Below are positions 15,352-26,821 of a stretch of 64,000 nucleotides of DNA, piece after piece. The notes under the pieces were generated by a model that did no database searches, was not told the origin of the DNA, and saw only the letters and a program-made list of their open reading frames with translations. The position numbers and the translations under genes were made by a program. This DNA comes from Eledone cirrhosa. Its lineage: Eukaryota. The stretch covers positions 349,184,001 through 349,248,000 of the forward strand of contig OZ024740.1 of the NCBI GenBank assembly GCA_964016885.1, in the 5' to 3' direction. Within the stretch, counting starts at the first letter, position 1, and the number at the start of each line of letters is the position of its first letter.

Positions 15352-16837
15352 GAAATTAATGAAGAGTTTAGCGTAAAAGTTGGCGTCCATCAGGGCTCTG
15401 TTCTCAGTCCACTACTATTTATTATTGCCCTTCAGGCTATAACAGAGGAGTTCAAGACAGGCTGCCCATGGGAACTCCTATACGCAGACGACCTGACACT
15501 CATAGCGGAATCAATGGCCAAGCTAGAGAAGAAATTCCAAACATGGAAGCACGGCCTAGAGTCAAAAGGACTTAAAATTAACCTGGCTAAGACCAAAGTG
15601 CTAGTTTGTAGGAAAGAAAACAAGGCGGCGGTCCCTTCTGGGAAATGGTCGTGCTCGGTGTGTAGGAAAGGCGTAGGTAGAAACTCCATTTTATGTCCTA
15701 AATGCAAAGTATGGGTGCATAAAAGATGTAGTGGGATCACAGGTAAGCTAACTAAGAACATAGATTTTACATGTGGCCGGTGCTCTGGTGCAATAAGTAG
15801 CAGCAAGTGCCCACAAACTACTAGCTCTTTCAATTGCGCAGAGGGTTCTATAGAAATAGTGGACAGCTTCCGTTACCTGGGCGATAAAATCAGCAGTGGG
15901 GGAGGGTGCTCTGAAAGTACTGTAGCTAGAGTCAGAACTGGTTGGAAAAAGTTCAGAGAGCTTATACCACTATTAGCTGCTAAAGGGTTCTCACTAAAAA
16001 TGAAAGGCAGGTTGTACGATGCCTGCATACGAACAGCAATGCTGCATGGCAGTGAGACCTGGGCATTGTGTGCAGAGGATATACGCAGACTAGAGAGGAA
16101 CGAAGCTTGCATGCTCCGCTGGATGTGTAACAGTAATATACGTGAACGGCAAAGCATAAACGAACTAAGGAAAAAATTAGAGATAAGAGGGATCAGATGT
16201 TGTTTACTCGAGAGAAGGCTACGTTGGTATGGACACGTGATGCGCATGAAAGTCGATAGCTGTATAACAAAGTGCAGGGCAATAAAGATAGACGGTAGTC
16301 ACGGAATAGGCAGACCTAGAAAAACCTGGGACGAGCTGATAAACTCCGACATCACACACTTACACCTCTCCAAGACAATGTCACTGGACCGAGACCTTTG
16401 GCGGTACTCAGTAACAGAGAAGACCCGCCTTACCTAAATATATAGTAAAACCTACTCCAGCCAGTAGGCATCTCTAACAAAATACACCCCGCCCCCCCCC
16501 CCCCCGTCCCCACCCGATCCACACCACCCCGTTCTATGTAAAGTTATGTTGGTGCCGCGCCTTCGAGGCCGAAACAAATGAGATCGTGTAGGTGTCACGA
16601 CAAAAAAACACACAGTCCACGCTGTAATGTGGCCGTGTAGGCAACACGGTAAAAACCTCCCAGACCCACACTGTAAATGTGGTTGGTGTTAGGAAGGGCA
16701 TCCAACTGTAGAAAACCTGCCAGACAGTCCTATGCGAGCAAGACAATCACTCTTGCCTCAAGTGGGACTACCCCCGCCCAAACCCATGCAAGCGTGGAAC
16801 ACGGACGTTAAACGTTGATGATGATGATGATGATGAT
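15352..16837 (+). mobile_element. RTE-clade LINE, 5'-truncated, with PHD-like finger inside RT and (GAT)n tail
   Basis: GVHQGSVLSP and LLYADD (15481), then ORF 15514-16437 with CSVC..CPKC..WVHKRC..CGRC, FRYLG, LHGSETW, RLRWYGH, GRPRKTW. Tail aaacgttgatgatgatgat. Confidence 0.9.
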
Positions 16838-16954
16838 AATTATATAAATATGTAATATATTCTTCAAATATTATTCCGCAGCTCATATCTTCAACTATAA
16901 TTTCATTGTATTTGTTATTGCCCTGAATACTAATGTAACTATATATATCTAACA

Positions 16955-17265
16955 TCCCGCCGAGGTTAACTTTGCTTTTCATCCTTACGGGGTCGATAAA
17001 ATAAAGTACCAGTAATGTACTGGGTATTTGCTGACCTTGTGCCTAAAGTAGAAACAATTAATTTAAATGGTTAAAGGCGGTGAATTGCCAGTATCGGTAG
17101 AGGGTTGGACGCCATGCTTTCTAGCATAGTTACGTCCCTTTACAGTCTGAGTTCAAATCCCGCGGAGGTTAACTTTGCCTTTCTTTCTTACGGAGTCGAT
17201 AAAATAAAGTACCAGTAATGTACTGGGTAATTGCTGGCCTTGTGCCTAAAGTAGAAACAATTAAT
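16955..17265 (+). mobile_element. Two tandem SINE copies (3' half 16955-17060; full 17075-17265)
   Basis: Same family as 4320-4527; both end gtagaaacaattaatttaaatggtta. Confidence 0.8.
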
Positions 17266-17741
17266 TTAAATGGTTATAATTCTTATTTTCCTTTATGTAT
17301 ATCATTGGTTCTATTCCACTGGAATCTGGCAGTAAAATATTCACATCAAATGTGAATTTATGATAAAATAGGAATTATACATATACATATTCTACTTACA
17401 TAAAACTATTTAAATATTGCACATTACAAATGAGTCTAGCAAAGTGTTAATAGTAAGGAAACTGGAGCGAATATTGTAGCCTGCGCAAAATACGAATTTA
17501 AAGTGAATAATAATTTAGATATCATAACCAATATACACTAAATCTCTAACGACGAATCCACTACAGTTGAATTTGTATCTTCGGTGCTTCTTATAATTCT
17601 TCACAGATATTAGCTAGTTTTAATTAAAGCTACCTATAGAATGTAATATATGTTAAAGTTCGCGTTGCAAATACACTTATGAAAGTATTCCAAATAACTA
17701 CACACAGAAACATGAGATATCATTAATTAAAGGATACTTGC

Positions 17742-17756
17742 ATTGTTTATTTTCAT
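17742..17756 (-). pseudogene. IL17: IL-17-like pseudogene, exon 1 coding part (MKINN, GC donor)
   Basis: Minus strand ATG AAA ATA AAC AAT|GCAAGT, positional homolog of 62093-62107 inside a conserved flanking block. Confidence 0.7.
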
Positions 17757-18150
17757 TATATTCTTGTTCACTTGCAAATGAAAAATATAACGAAAAGAGT
17801 TAGGCGTGAGTTTGTTCGTTTCCCAATGTGATATACTTTTGTAATGAAATCAATGGTGAACTATTTACTTATATATATGAGGGACCGGTAGCGAATTTAC
17901 ATGAAACATTAGTTATAAAAAAGTTAAGACATTTATGAATATATTCAGGTGGAACTATCAACAATACGGGACATTTTATATCCGCCGAGGTAAAGTATAA
18001 GTACTTAGTATATCATATATTGGAAATACACTGAATACTAGTATCCGTTGTAACTGCTATCCTATATATTATGTTAGGAGCTAAATTTACATTACTTATA
18101 TATATGAAGGACCGGTAGCAGAATTTACATGAAAAATTAGTTATAATTTA
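17757..18150 (-). promoter_or_regulatory. Promoter/5' UTR of the IL-17 pseudogene with duplicated TATA module
   Basis: TATATAA on minus at 17869-17875 next to gagggaccggtagc. The module recurs at about 18091-18150. Homologous to about 62108-62470. Confidence 0.55.
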
Positions 18151-18840
18151 GTGCAAAAGCGTGAAGCATTTTGTGTCAAGGATTTCACTCCTCTCTATTA
18201 ATTTTTTCATTTTTTTTAATTTTTGTTGATGTTTTAATTTTACTTCAAACGTACAAAATCAAATCTCTTTCTCTTACAGAAACACACACACACTCACACA
18301 TACATGCACACACATGCACAGATAGACGCAGAAACACACACTCCGACATACAAACAGGCGAACCTGCATACATACACACAAACATAAACATACCAAAATG
18401 ACTCTCCCATTCGCTCTCCTATACCACATCTGTTTCCTCTCCTGGATTTCACGTCTTCCTTTTCCCAATTGTTTTTCTTCTCCTTTTGCTCCATTTTCCT
18501 GCATATCACCCAAACAACTTAGTTGATTCATATACAAGTTGATATTCTCCTGCATGTTTATCCCCAGCTGTGTAGACGATATACTCGTGCTTACTTCGAC
18601 CCGTGATGAGGCCCTCAAAATACACGAAAGCTCCAATATGTTTCCCGAACATATAAACAGCAAAGTTGAGCATCCAGACAGCGATTGATCTTTATACCTA
18701 ATCGATTTCCAGCTCGCAAACAGAGAGAGCAGATCTATTTATACCAGATTTTTTAAAAGGGTGACATGCAGGAACATATTCGTGCACTATGATTCAACCC
18801 TTTCCACCTGATCAAAACCCCTCTACCTACATACAGAATG

Positions 18841-18945
18841 ATGGGAGATTTCAATGGACATGTTGGCACAGATTACATGTCGAGGAACGGAATATTTGGA
18901 AGGAACTGTAATCCCGATTTAAATACGAATTGAGAGGCCTTATTA
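18841..18945 (+). mobile_element. Relic of an RTE-type AP endonuclease
   Basis: Translates as MGDFNGHVGTD..RNGIFGRNCNPDLNTN*EALL. Confidence 0.6.
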
Positions 18946-19511
18946 ATATATTAATTATATATTCATTAAACTGTGTTCGACATGTGGAAGATGCAGTGTA
19001 ATGTCAACATATGTTTATTTAAATAAAAGTCGAATGTCGTCCGTCCGTCTGTCATATGGAAGGTGGATGGTGAAAATTCTACGGCGAAAACAAAATATCA
19101 AACAACGTTTCAACTGTTGCACAAAGCTCTGTGTGAGTATATGTGTGTATGTGTGTGTAAAAGGGAGGAAGGGGGATGGTGAAAAAACTACAGCAAAAAC
19201 CTTTCCACACTCTGCGTGAGTCTATGTGTATGTGTGTTTGTGTGAATGTATGTGTCTAATTGTGTGAATGTATATGTGTGTATTTGTGTGAATGTATATG
19301 TGTGTATTTGTGTGAATGTATGTATGTGTGTATGCGGGTTTACTTGTGTCACTTTATCGCTGTTTATATTTATACACACAAATATATAAAATAACAACGA
19401 TATTAATTCAAATGTAAATACATGTGTATATAACGATTCGAATGTTAATAATATATTCAATATGTTTGTATATATAAGAATATGAAATTATATATATATA
19501 TATATATATAT

Positions 19512-20605
19512 AGTGAAAATTGGAACGGGAACGAAAACAGAGAGGCAGTGCAAACAAAGATTTATTGGTTTCACGCTCTTGAGAGTGGGGGGACGTTTCT
19601 GGCATAAGCCCTTCTTCAGGAGAAAAGTGGGTGGGAAGAGAGTTCCAAGGGTATGTGGGGGAGTGGTGGGGAGACGTTTAGAAAAAAAAGGGGGGGGGGG
19701 CAGTGGAAGGGGTACAAATAAAAATAAACATAAAGATAAATAAGTGGTGGAAGGGTGTGGGGCGTGTAGGGGTGGTGGCGGGTGAAGTAGGGAGAGGGAG
19801 GTGGGGTGTCCGAGCGGGGGAGGCTGAAGGTGGCGTTTGTGTATGTGTGTAGGTGTATGTGTGTGTGTGTATGTGAATGTGAGAGTTGGGGGAAGAACGA
19901 GGTTCCATATTCAAGAAAAGGTGTGTGTGAGGTGGGGTGTAGGTCAGTGTGTGCGTGCATGTGGATGGGGAGGGGTCAGAGGGGTAGGACGGGGGGGGGG
20001 GATTCCGGAGGCTGAGTGTGTATATGTGGTGGTACGCACGTGTGTGTTAGCGTTTATACGTGGTGTTGATGTAGGTGGCGTGGTTCGAAAAAAAATTGTG
20101 AGTGTATGTCCGTGGGTAAGTTCCTAAAGTAGTTCCGTAGAGGGTGCGAAGAGGGCCGGATAATTTTCATGTTATAGAGTGGATAGCTGGAACGATGCCC
20201 GGTGGTGTGTAATCCATTGGTTGTGGTGGTCGGAAGTGGGGAGATGGGGGTGCGCGCGAAACAGGAAGTGGTCAGATGAAGGCAGGATGAAGGCAGAGGA
20301 GAATGGCATGTGGAGAAAGTCATTGTGTCTGTGTACGGAGGTGCAGTGGACAGGGGAGAGGATGGGTAGGTGTGAAAGGTGGAGTGGGGAGGGGGTAATG
20401 TGGGGGGATGGGGTGTGTATTAGTAGAGATGTTAGTGGGATGTGTGTGTGTGAAGGCGTGTGGGTGGAGCGGATAGAGGGAGAGAAAAGGTGTGAAGAAC
20501 GGTGGAGGGGGTGTAGTGCACTGGTGTGTGTGTGCGTGTTTGGATGTGTGTGTGTGTGGTAAAGGGGGTGTTAGTGGGTGTTAGTATACTGGTGGTGGGG
20601 AAAGG
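19512..20605 (-). mobile_element. Neptune-like PLE 3' portion, second copy
   Basis: Aligns with 10757-11880; hammerhead-like motif at about 19594-19620. Confidence 0.75.
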
Positions 20606-21671
20606 ATACATATATATAATAACAGGAGACTGGACCGGTGTAATTCCTTACAGGTTTATTATGCTATGAACATTTCAATGACCGGGTTCAGTATGAATCC
20701 GATGATATTATCAGGTATTCCGAAATTTATCTAACAAAAGAATATAATAATAGACCCAATCCAAGGGGCTAAAAAGCAGAGAGAAACGCCCAAGACGAGA
20801 AGAAGGCCAAAAATTAGCAGTTGCTAGTCCGAGCGGCCGCCTTCAAGTGAGGAATCTACTTAATCTTGTCTTGTCAGTCTGGTCAAGGGGCCGTAAGTTT
20901 ATAGTGTATATTACTACTACCACTCCGTCATGGACAAATGCTAGCGGTAAGATCAGGTTACATAGAAGTTAGTCAGAAGTGTTAAAAAGTACTAAGAAAT
21001 ATATTTAAAAATATATATATAGTGGACGGATGTACAGTAGGTTTTTTTAATGTAAAGATAGAAATTACGATTAAAGATTAGAAATGTCAAATTTACGTTT
21101 AGAATTAAAATGTATAATTTAAGATAAGATTAGAAAAGTGTGATTTAGGTTTAAAATTGGTAGATTTAGTTAAAGATTTTGCAGAAGGAAGCATTTATGG
21201 AAAGGTTAAATGTATTATTGATAGTCATAATACACACATTCACACACGCACACACACATTTTATGCGTGTAGAAATATATATATATATAATAAGGAGTTG
21301 ACGGACCCAGCATATTTATCAATGCCAGGACCTGTTGTATCTCAGCGTACTCAATAGGCAATGTAAGATACATTCCCAGAGAATACACATAGTTATTCGC
21401 TTCAATACAACACACGTAAAACGGGTGCCTATAATAGTTCCCGGACTCAAGTTTCGGCCACACTTAATGCAGCAGTGTGGTGCACTGCACCCTCCGTCTG
21501 CATATATCATGCAACAATGCATAATCGGCGTATGCGGCTTCATCACCGCGTATCGCCTAATCAATAACCAATCGATCGACATGTAAAATCTTTACATGCA
21601 AAATTTTTACTTTCAGTTTTTGTCTAGCGTATGTCAAACTCTAATTGAGTTGATGCATTATTCGAGGCCTT

Positions 21672-21716
<45 letters not shown>

Positions 21717-21719
<3 letters not shown>

Positions 21720-24700
21720 ATCAAAAGATGGTTAAAGGAGTTCCATGTATTTTATTATGCGCATTTCAAAAACAAACATCATCATGCAATAATATTTGTG
21801 TTTTCATCAGATAAAACAGGAGAACATGATATGAAGGCTAAAAAACACTTGTGGATAGTGCAGTTTTAAATCAACATATGAAAAGTAGTTTTAGATTGAT
21901 GTGTGATATTGGGAAAAATATTTTATTTAGAGAGGGGGGGTGGAAAGGATGAAAAAAGGGGAGGAGATGAGAGTGAAGGTGGAGAGAGAGAGATGGGTGA
22001 TAGAGAGAAAGAGATAGTTTTTATAACTGAGAAAAGATATATTGTTTTACATAGAAAGGTTGAGAACCGTTGGAAGATAATGTATAAATTAAAAGAATTT
22101 GAAAATTAACGAAGGGAAAGAGAGGGAGTTGATATGTATTGAGATTTAAAAGTTTGAAGATAGAGAGAAAAAATAATAATTGCGGATGAATATTCTAACG
22201 TCAAAAAGGTGTATGTTTATAAGTATTATGGCAATTTCAAAATTAACGAAGAGAAAAAAATTATTAAGGTTTGTGTGTTGAAGTTAAAGTTTGTATATTG
22301 AAGGAATTGATAATATGTGCGAAGAAAGAGTTAATATGTATTACAATTATTAAGGTTTGTGTATTAGATGATTTGAGAAAAATAATGTGAAGTTAAGGTT
22401 TTTATATTGAAGGAATTGATAATTTGTGCGAAGAAAGAGTTAATATGTATTAAGAATGAGTTAGTTGATGGGAAGAAAAAAAAAAAAATTATTAAGGATG
22501 AATATTCTAGCGTCAAAAGAAGGAGAGGGAGTTGATGTATTGAGATTAAAAAGTTTGATGATGGAGAGAAAAAATAATAATAATTGCGGATGAATATTCT
22601 AACGTAAAAAAAACAAATGTATATGTTATGAAGGATTTTACAAGGTGAAGATAGAATGAGGGTAATGAGTAAACAAGTATTATAGAGTGTATAATGCCCT
22701 TTGAAGTAAGGTAGGAAGATGGGTATATTTTAAAGAGGTGTATGTATATGTGCCTTTGAGAAAAGATTCTAAATTGATAAAGAATTGAATATTAGCTGTA
22801 TACTTTGTGAAAAGTCCTATGGAATTTATGCAGGCAGATAGAAAACAAATCTGTACGTTATTATAGAATCTAGATTAGAGATAATGGTAAATTTTTCATT
22901 TAGGCAGAGATTACAGATTTTAGATAGAGAGCTGTTCAAGTATGAGGACGCAGAAGAAACCTTCTTCCAAAAGATGGTATATTTAATGTTTTTGTCTTTC
23001 AAGGACCATATGTGTTCTGAGAGAGCCGTGTTGGTTCTTTTAAGTTTGTATTTAAAAGATGAATGATGATTATAGAGACGAGCTTTAAAAGAGGTGGAAG
23101 TGGAGCCAAAATAGGTGAAGGAATAGGTGAAGACAAAAACATTAAATATACCATCTTTTGGAAGAAGGTTTCTTCTGCGTCCTCATACTTGAACAGCTCT
23201 CTATCTAAAATCTGTAATCTCTGCCTAAATGAAAAATTTACCATTATCTCTAATCTAGATTCTATAATAAATAGACGTACAGATTTGTTTTCTATCTGCC
23301 TGCATAAATTCCATAGGACTTTTCACAAAGTATACAGCTAATATTCAATTCTTTATCAATTTAGAATCTTTTCTCAAAGGCACATATACATACACCTCTT
23401 TAAAATATACCCATCTTCCTACCTTACTTCAAAGGGCATTATACACTCTATAATACTTGTTTACTCATTACCCTCATTCTATCTTCACCATGTAAAATCC
23501 TTCATAACATATACATTTGTTTTTTTTACGTTAGAATATTCATCCGCAATTATTATTATTTTTTCTCTCCATCATCAAACTTTTTAATCTCAATACATCA
23601 ACTCCCTCTCCTTCTTTTGACGCTAGAATATTCATCCTTAATAATTTTTTTTTTTTTCTTCCCATCAACTAACTCATTCTTAATACATATTAACTCTTTC
23701 TTCGCACAAATTATCAATTCCTTCAATATAAAAACCTTAACTTCACATTATTTTTCTCAAATCATCTAATACACAAACCTTAATAATTGTAATACATATT
23801 AACTCTTTCTTCGCACATATTATCAATTCCTTCAATATACAAACTTTAACTTCAACACACAAACCTTAATAATTTTTTTCTCTTCGTTAATTTTGAAATT
23901 GCCATAATACTTATAAACATACACCTTTTTGACGTTAGAATATTCATCCGCAATTATTATTTTTTCTCTCTATCTTCAAACTTTTTAATCTCAATACATA
24001 TCAACTCCCTCTCTTTCCCTTCGTTAATTTTCAAATTCTTTTAATTTATACATTATCTTCCAACGGTTCTCAACCTCTCTATGTAAAACAATATATCTTT
24101 TCTCAGTTATAAAAACTATCTCTTTCTCTCTATCACCCATCTCTCCCTCTCCACCTTCACTCTCATCTCCTCCCCTTTTTTCATCCTTTCCACCCCCCTC
24201 TCTAAATAAAAAAATTTTTTCCTCGTACATATTTTTCCCTTCGTTAATTTTCAAATTCTTTTAATTTATACATTATCTTCCAACGGTTTTCAACCTCTCT
24301 ATGTAAAACAATATATCTTCTCTCAGTTATAAAAACTATCTCTTTCTCTCTATCACCCATCTCTCCCTCTCCACCTTCACTCTCATCTCCTCCCCTTTTT
24401 TCATCCTTTCCACCCCCCCCCCCTCTCTAAATAAAATATTTTTCCCAATATCACACATCAATCTAAAACCACTTTTCATATGTTGATTTAAAACTGCACT
24501 ATCAACAAGTGTTTTTTTTAGCCTTCATATCATGTTCTCCTGTTTTATCTGATGAAAACACAAATATTATTGCATGATGATGTTTGTTTTTGAAATGCGC
24601 ATAATAAAATACATGGAACTCCTTTAACCATCTTTTGATCTTATATATTATGTATACTCCAGTCCTACAAACTGTAGAGTGCTTCTTATCCGATATCTGC

Positions 24701-24734
24701 ATTGCTTTATTGTACTACAATAAAACTCACCTCC

Positions 24735-24737
<3 letters not shown>
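21717..24737. mobile_element. Large fold-back Penelope-like insertion (GIY-YIG C-terminus plus 3' UTR in both orientations)
   Basis: Minus arm 21717-23129 reads YFGSTSTSFKARLYNH..TALSEHIWSLK..CNLCLNEK..SICLH. Plus arm 23130-24642 is its near-perfect mirror with a ~95 bp extra tail. Flanked by (TA)n. Confidence 0.85.
24543..24609 (+). ncRNA. Type I hammerhead ribozyme (mirror 21750-21816 on minus)
   Basis: ttttat-CTGATGA-aaacacaaata...tgtttgttttt-GAAA-tgcgca-TA-ataaaa. Confidence 0.75.
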
Positions 24738-24805
<68 letters not shown>

Positions 24806-24808
<3 letters not shown>

Positions 24809-25647
24809 TATGTACACGTACATACATATATGTATACAGACGCACAGTAGTATGTATATATATATACATACATGCACACATATATATATATGTACGTATG
24901 GATTCACCGAACATTTATTATAATGCTCGGTGTGTTTGTAAACAAACATCCCGTATTAAGCCGTAGTGTCCAGCAACCGTCATTGCTCGTTTGTTCAACA
25001 CTGACAAAGGATCGCTGTACTAGTTTCAAGCTTATTAGCTATCGTCAGCAACGCATACCTTCCTGCCAGATTGTTGAATGTATATACTTACCTTATGCAT
25101 ATTAACAGCTGAGAAACCCAATTTGCATATCGAATGGGTTAATCGGCCGGGTGCACCGAAAACGATAAACGGAAAAAAATGAAACGAAATTTCATTTCCC
25201 ACTCTTAGTACGGCTGTTACTTAAATATAAGTATGTACACGTACATACATATATGTATACAGACGCACAGTAGTATGTATATATATATATATACATACAT
25301 GCACACATATATATATGTACGTATGGATTCACCGAACATTTATTATAATGCTCGGTGTGTTTGTAAACAAACATCCCGTATTAAGCCGTAGTGTCCAGCA
25401 ACCATCGTTGCTCGTTTGTTCAACACTGACAAAGGAACGCTGTACTAGTTTCAAGCTTATTAGCTATCGTCATTATATTAAATGTTCGGTGAATCCATAC
25501 GTACATATATATATGTGTGTGCATGTATGTATATATATATACATACTACTGTGCGTCTGTATACATATATGTATGTACGTGTAGATAATTATATTTAAGT
25601 AACAGCCGTACTAAGAGTGGGAAATGAAATTTCGTTTCATTTTTCCC

Positions 25648-25650
<3 letters not shown>
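24806..25650. mobile_element. Retrozyme-like family A, tandem plus inverted copies in (TA)n
   Basis: Unit repeats at 24806 and 25229. Hammerhead 25013-25053 (-), second one truncated at about 25472, octamer ATTTGCAT at 25121-25128. Confidence 0.75.
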
Positions 25651-25706
<56 letters not shown>

Positions 25707-25711
<5 letters not shown>

Positions 25712-26595
25712 GACGTAAAATAAGAAAATTATAAAAATTAACTTACTTACTAAAATCTCACTCAAACTAATTAGTTTCTGAAAGGGAATAATAAACATGG
25801 TTTCCATATGGATAGCATGGAGAAGCCTTTTCGTCATCAGGAAGTCTGTTCTCAGCTAAGTTACCAGGGGATGCGTGGACACAGGGAACTTATACAAAAA
25901 TAATTCAGTGGATGGAAAAAAGCAAGCGTGGACTAAATTCCAAGACATTGAAAAAATCACTGGCTACTTGGTCGGTGGCAAATTCAAAAGAATCAATCAC
26001 GTGACATCGAGGTTAATCAGTGAGGAGTGGGGTGTTAAAAAGACAGTAGCCGAGCCATTACTATGAACTCTAGTAGCAGTTTTGGTAAATGTTTGCTCAA
26101 CAAAATAATTTGGAGATTATTATAAAGAATTAGTATATCTACCAACATATATATACAGATGCATACCTATGCTAGCAAATATATAGGTTTTGTCTTAGTA
26201 ACTTTGTGGTTCAATGCAAGGGGGTGTAGAACAATTATATGAAAGACGTAAAATAAGAAAATTATAAAAATTAACTTACTTACTAAAATTTCACTCCAAC
26301 TAATTAGTTTCTGAAAGGGAATAAACATGGTTTTCAAATGGAAAGCATGGAGAAGCCGTTTCGTCATCAGGAAGTCTGTTCTCAGCTAAGTTACCAGGCG
26401 ATGCGTGGACACAGGGAACTTATACAAAAATAATTCAGTGGATTGAAAAAAGCAAGCGTGGACTAAATTCCAAGACATTGAAAAAGTCACTGCCTACTTG
26501 GTCGGTGGCAAATTCAAAAGAATCAATCACGTGACATCGAGGTTAATCAGTGAGGAATGGGGGTTAAAAAGACATTAGCCGAGCCATTACTATGA
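25707..26595. repeat. ~360 bp direct repeat with 533 bp period, in (TA)n
   Basis: tgaaagacgtaaaataag starts at 25707 and 26240; both copies end gagccattactatga. Confidence 0.8.
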
Positions 26596-26599
26596 TCTT

Positions 26600-26660
<61 letters not shown>

Positions 26661-26821
26661 ATGTGTGTGTATGTATATATATATTTATATGTATGTATAT
26701 ATGTATGTATATATGTATGTATATATATATATACATATATATGTATATATATTCATGTATATATGTATGTGTATATATGTATGTATATATGTATGTGTAT
26801 ATATATATATATTTATCTATC

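Noticed and set aside
18595-18640. Hammerhead-like cGTGATGA...GAAAgctc
   Set aside because: C3 is lost and stem II does not pair; too degenerate to call.
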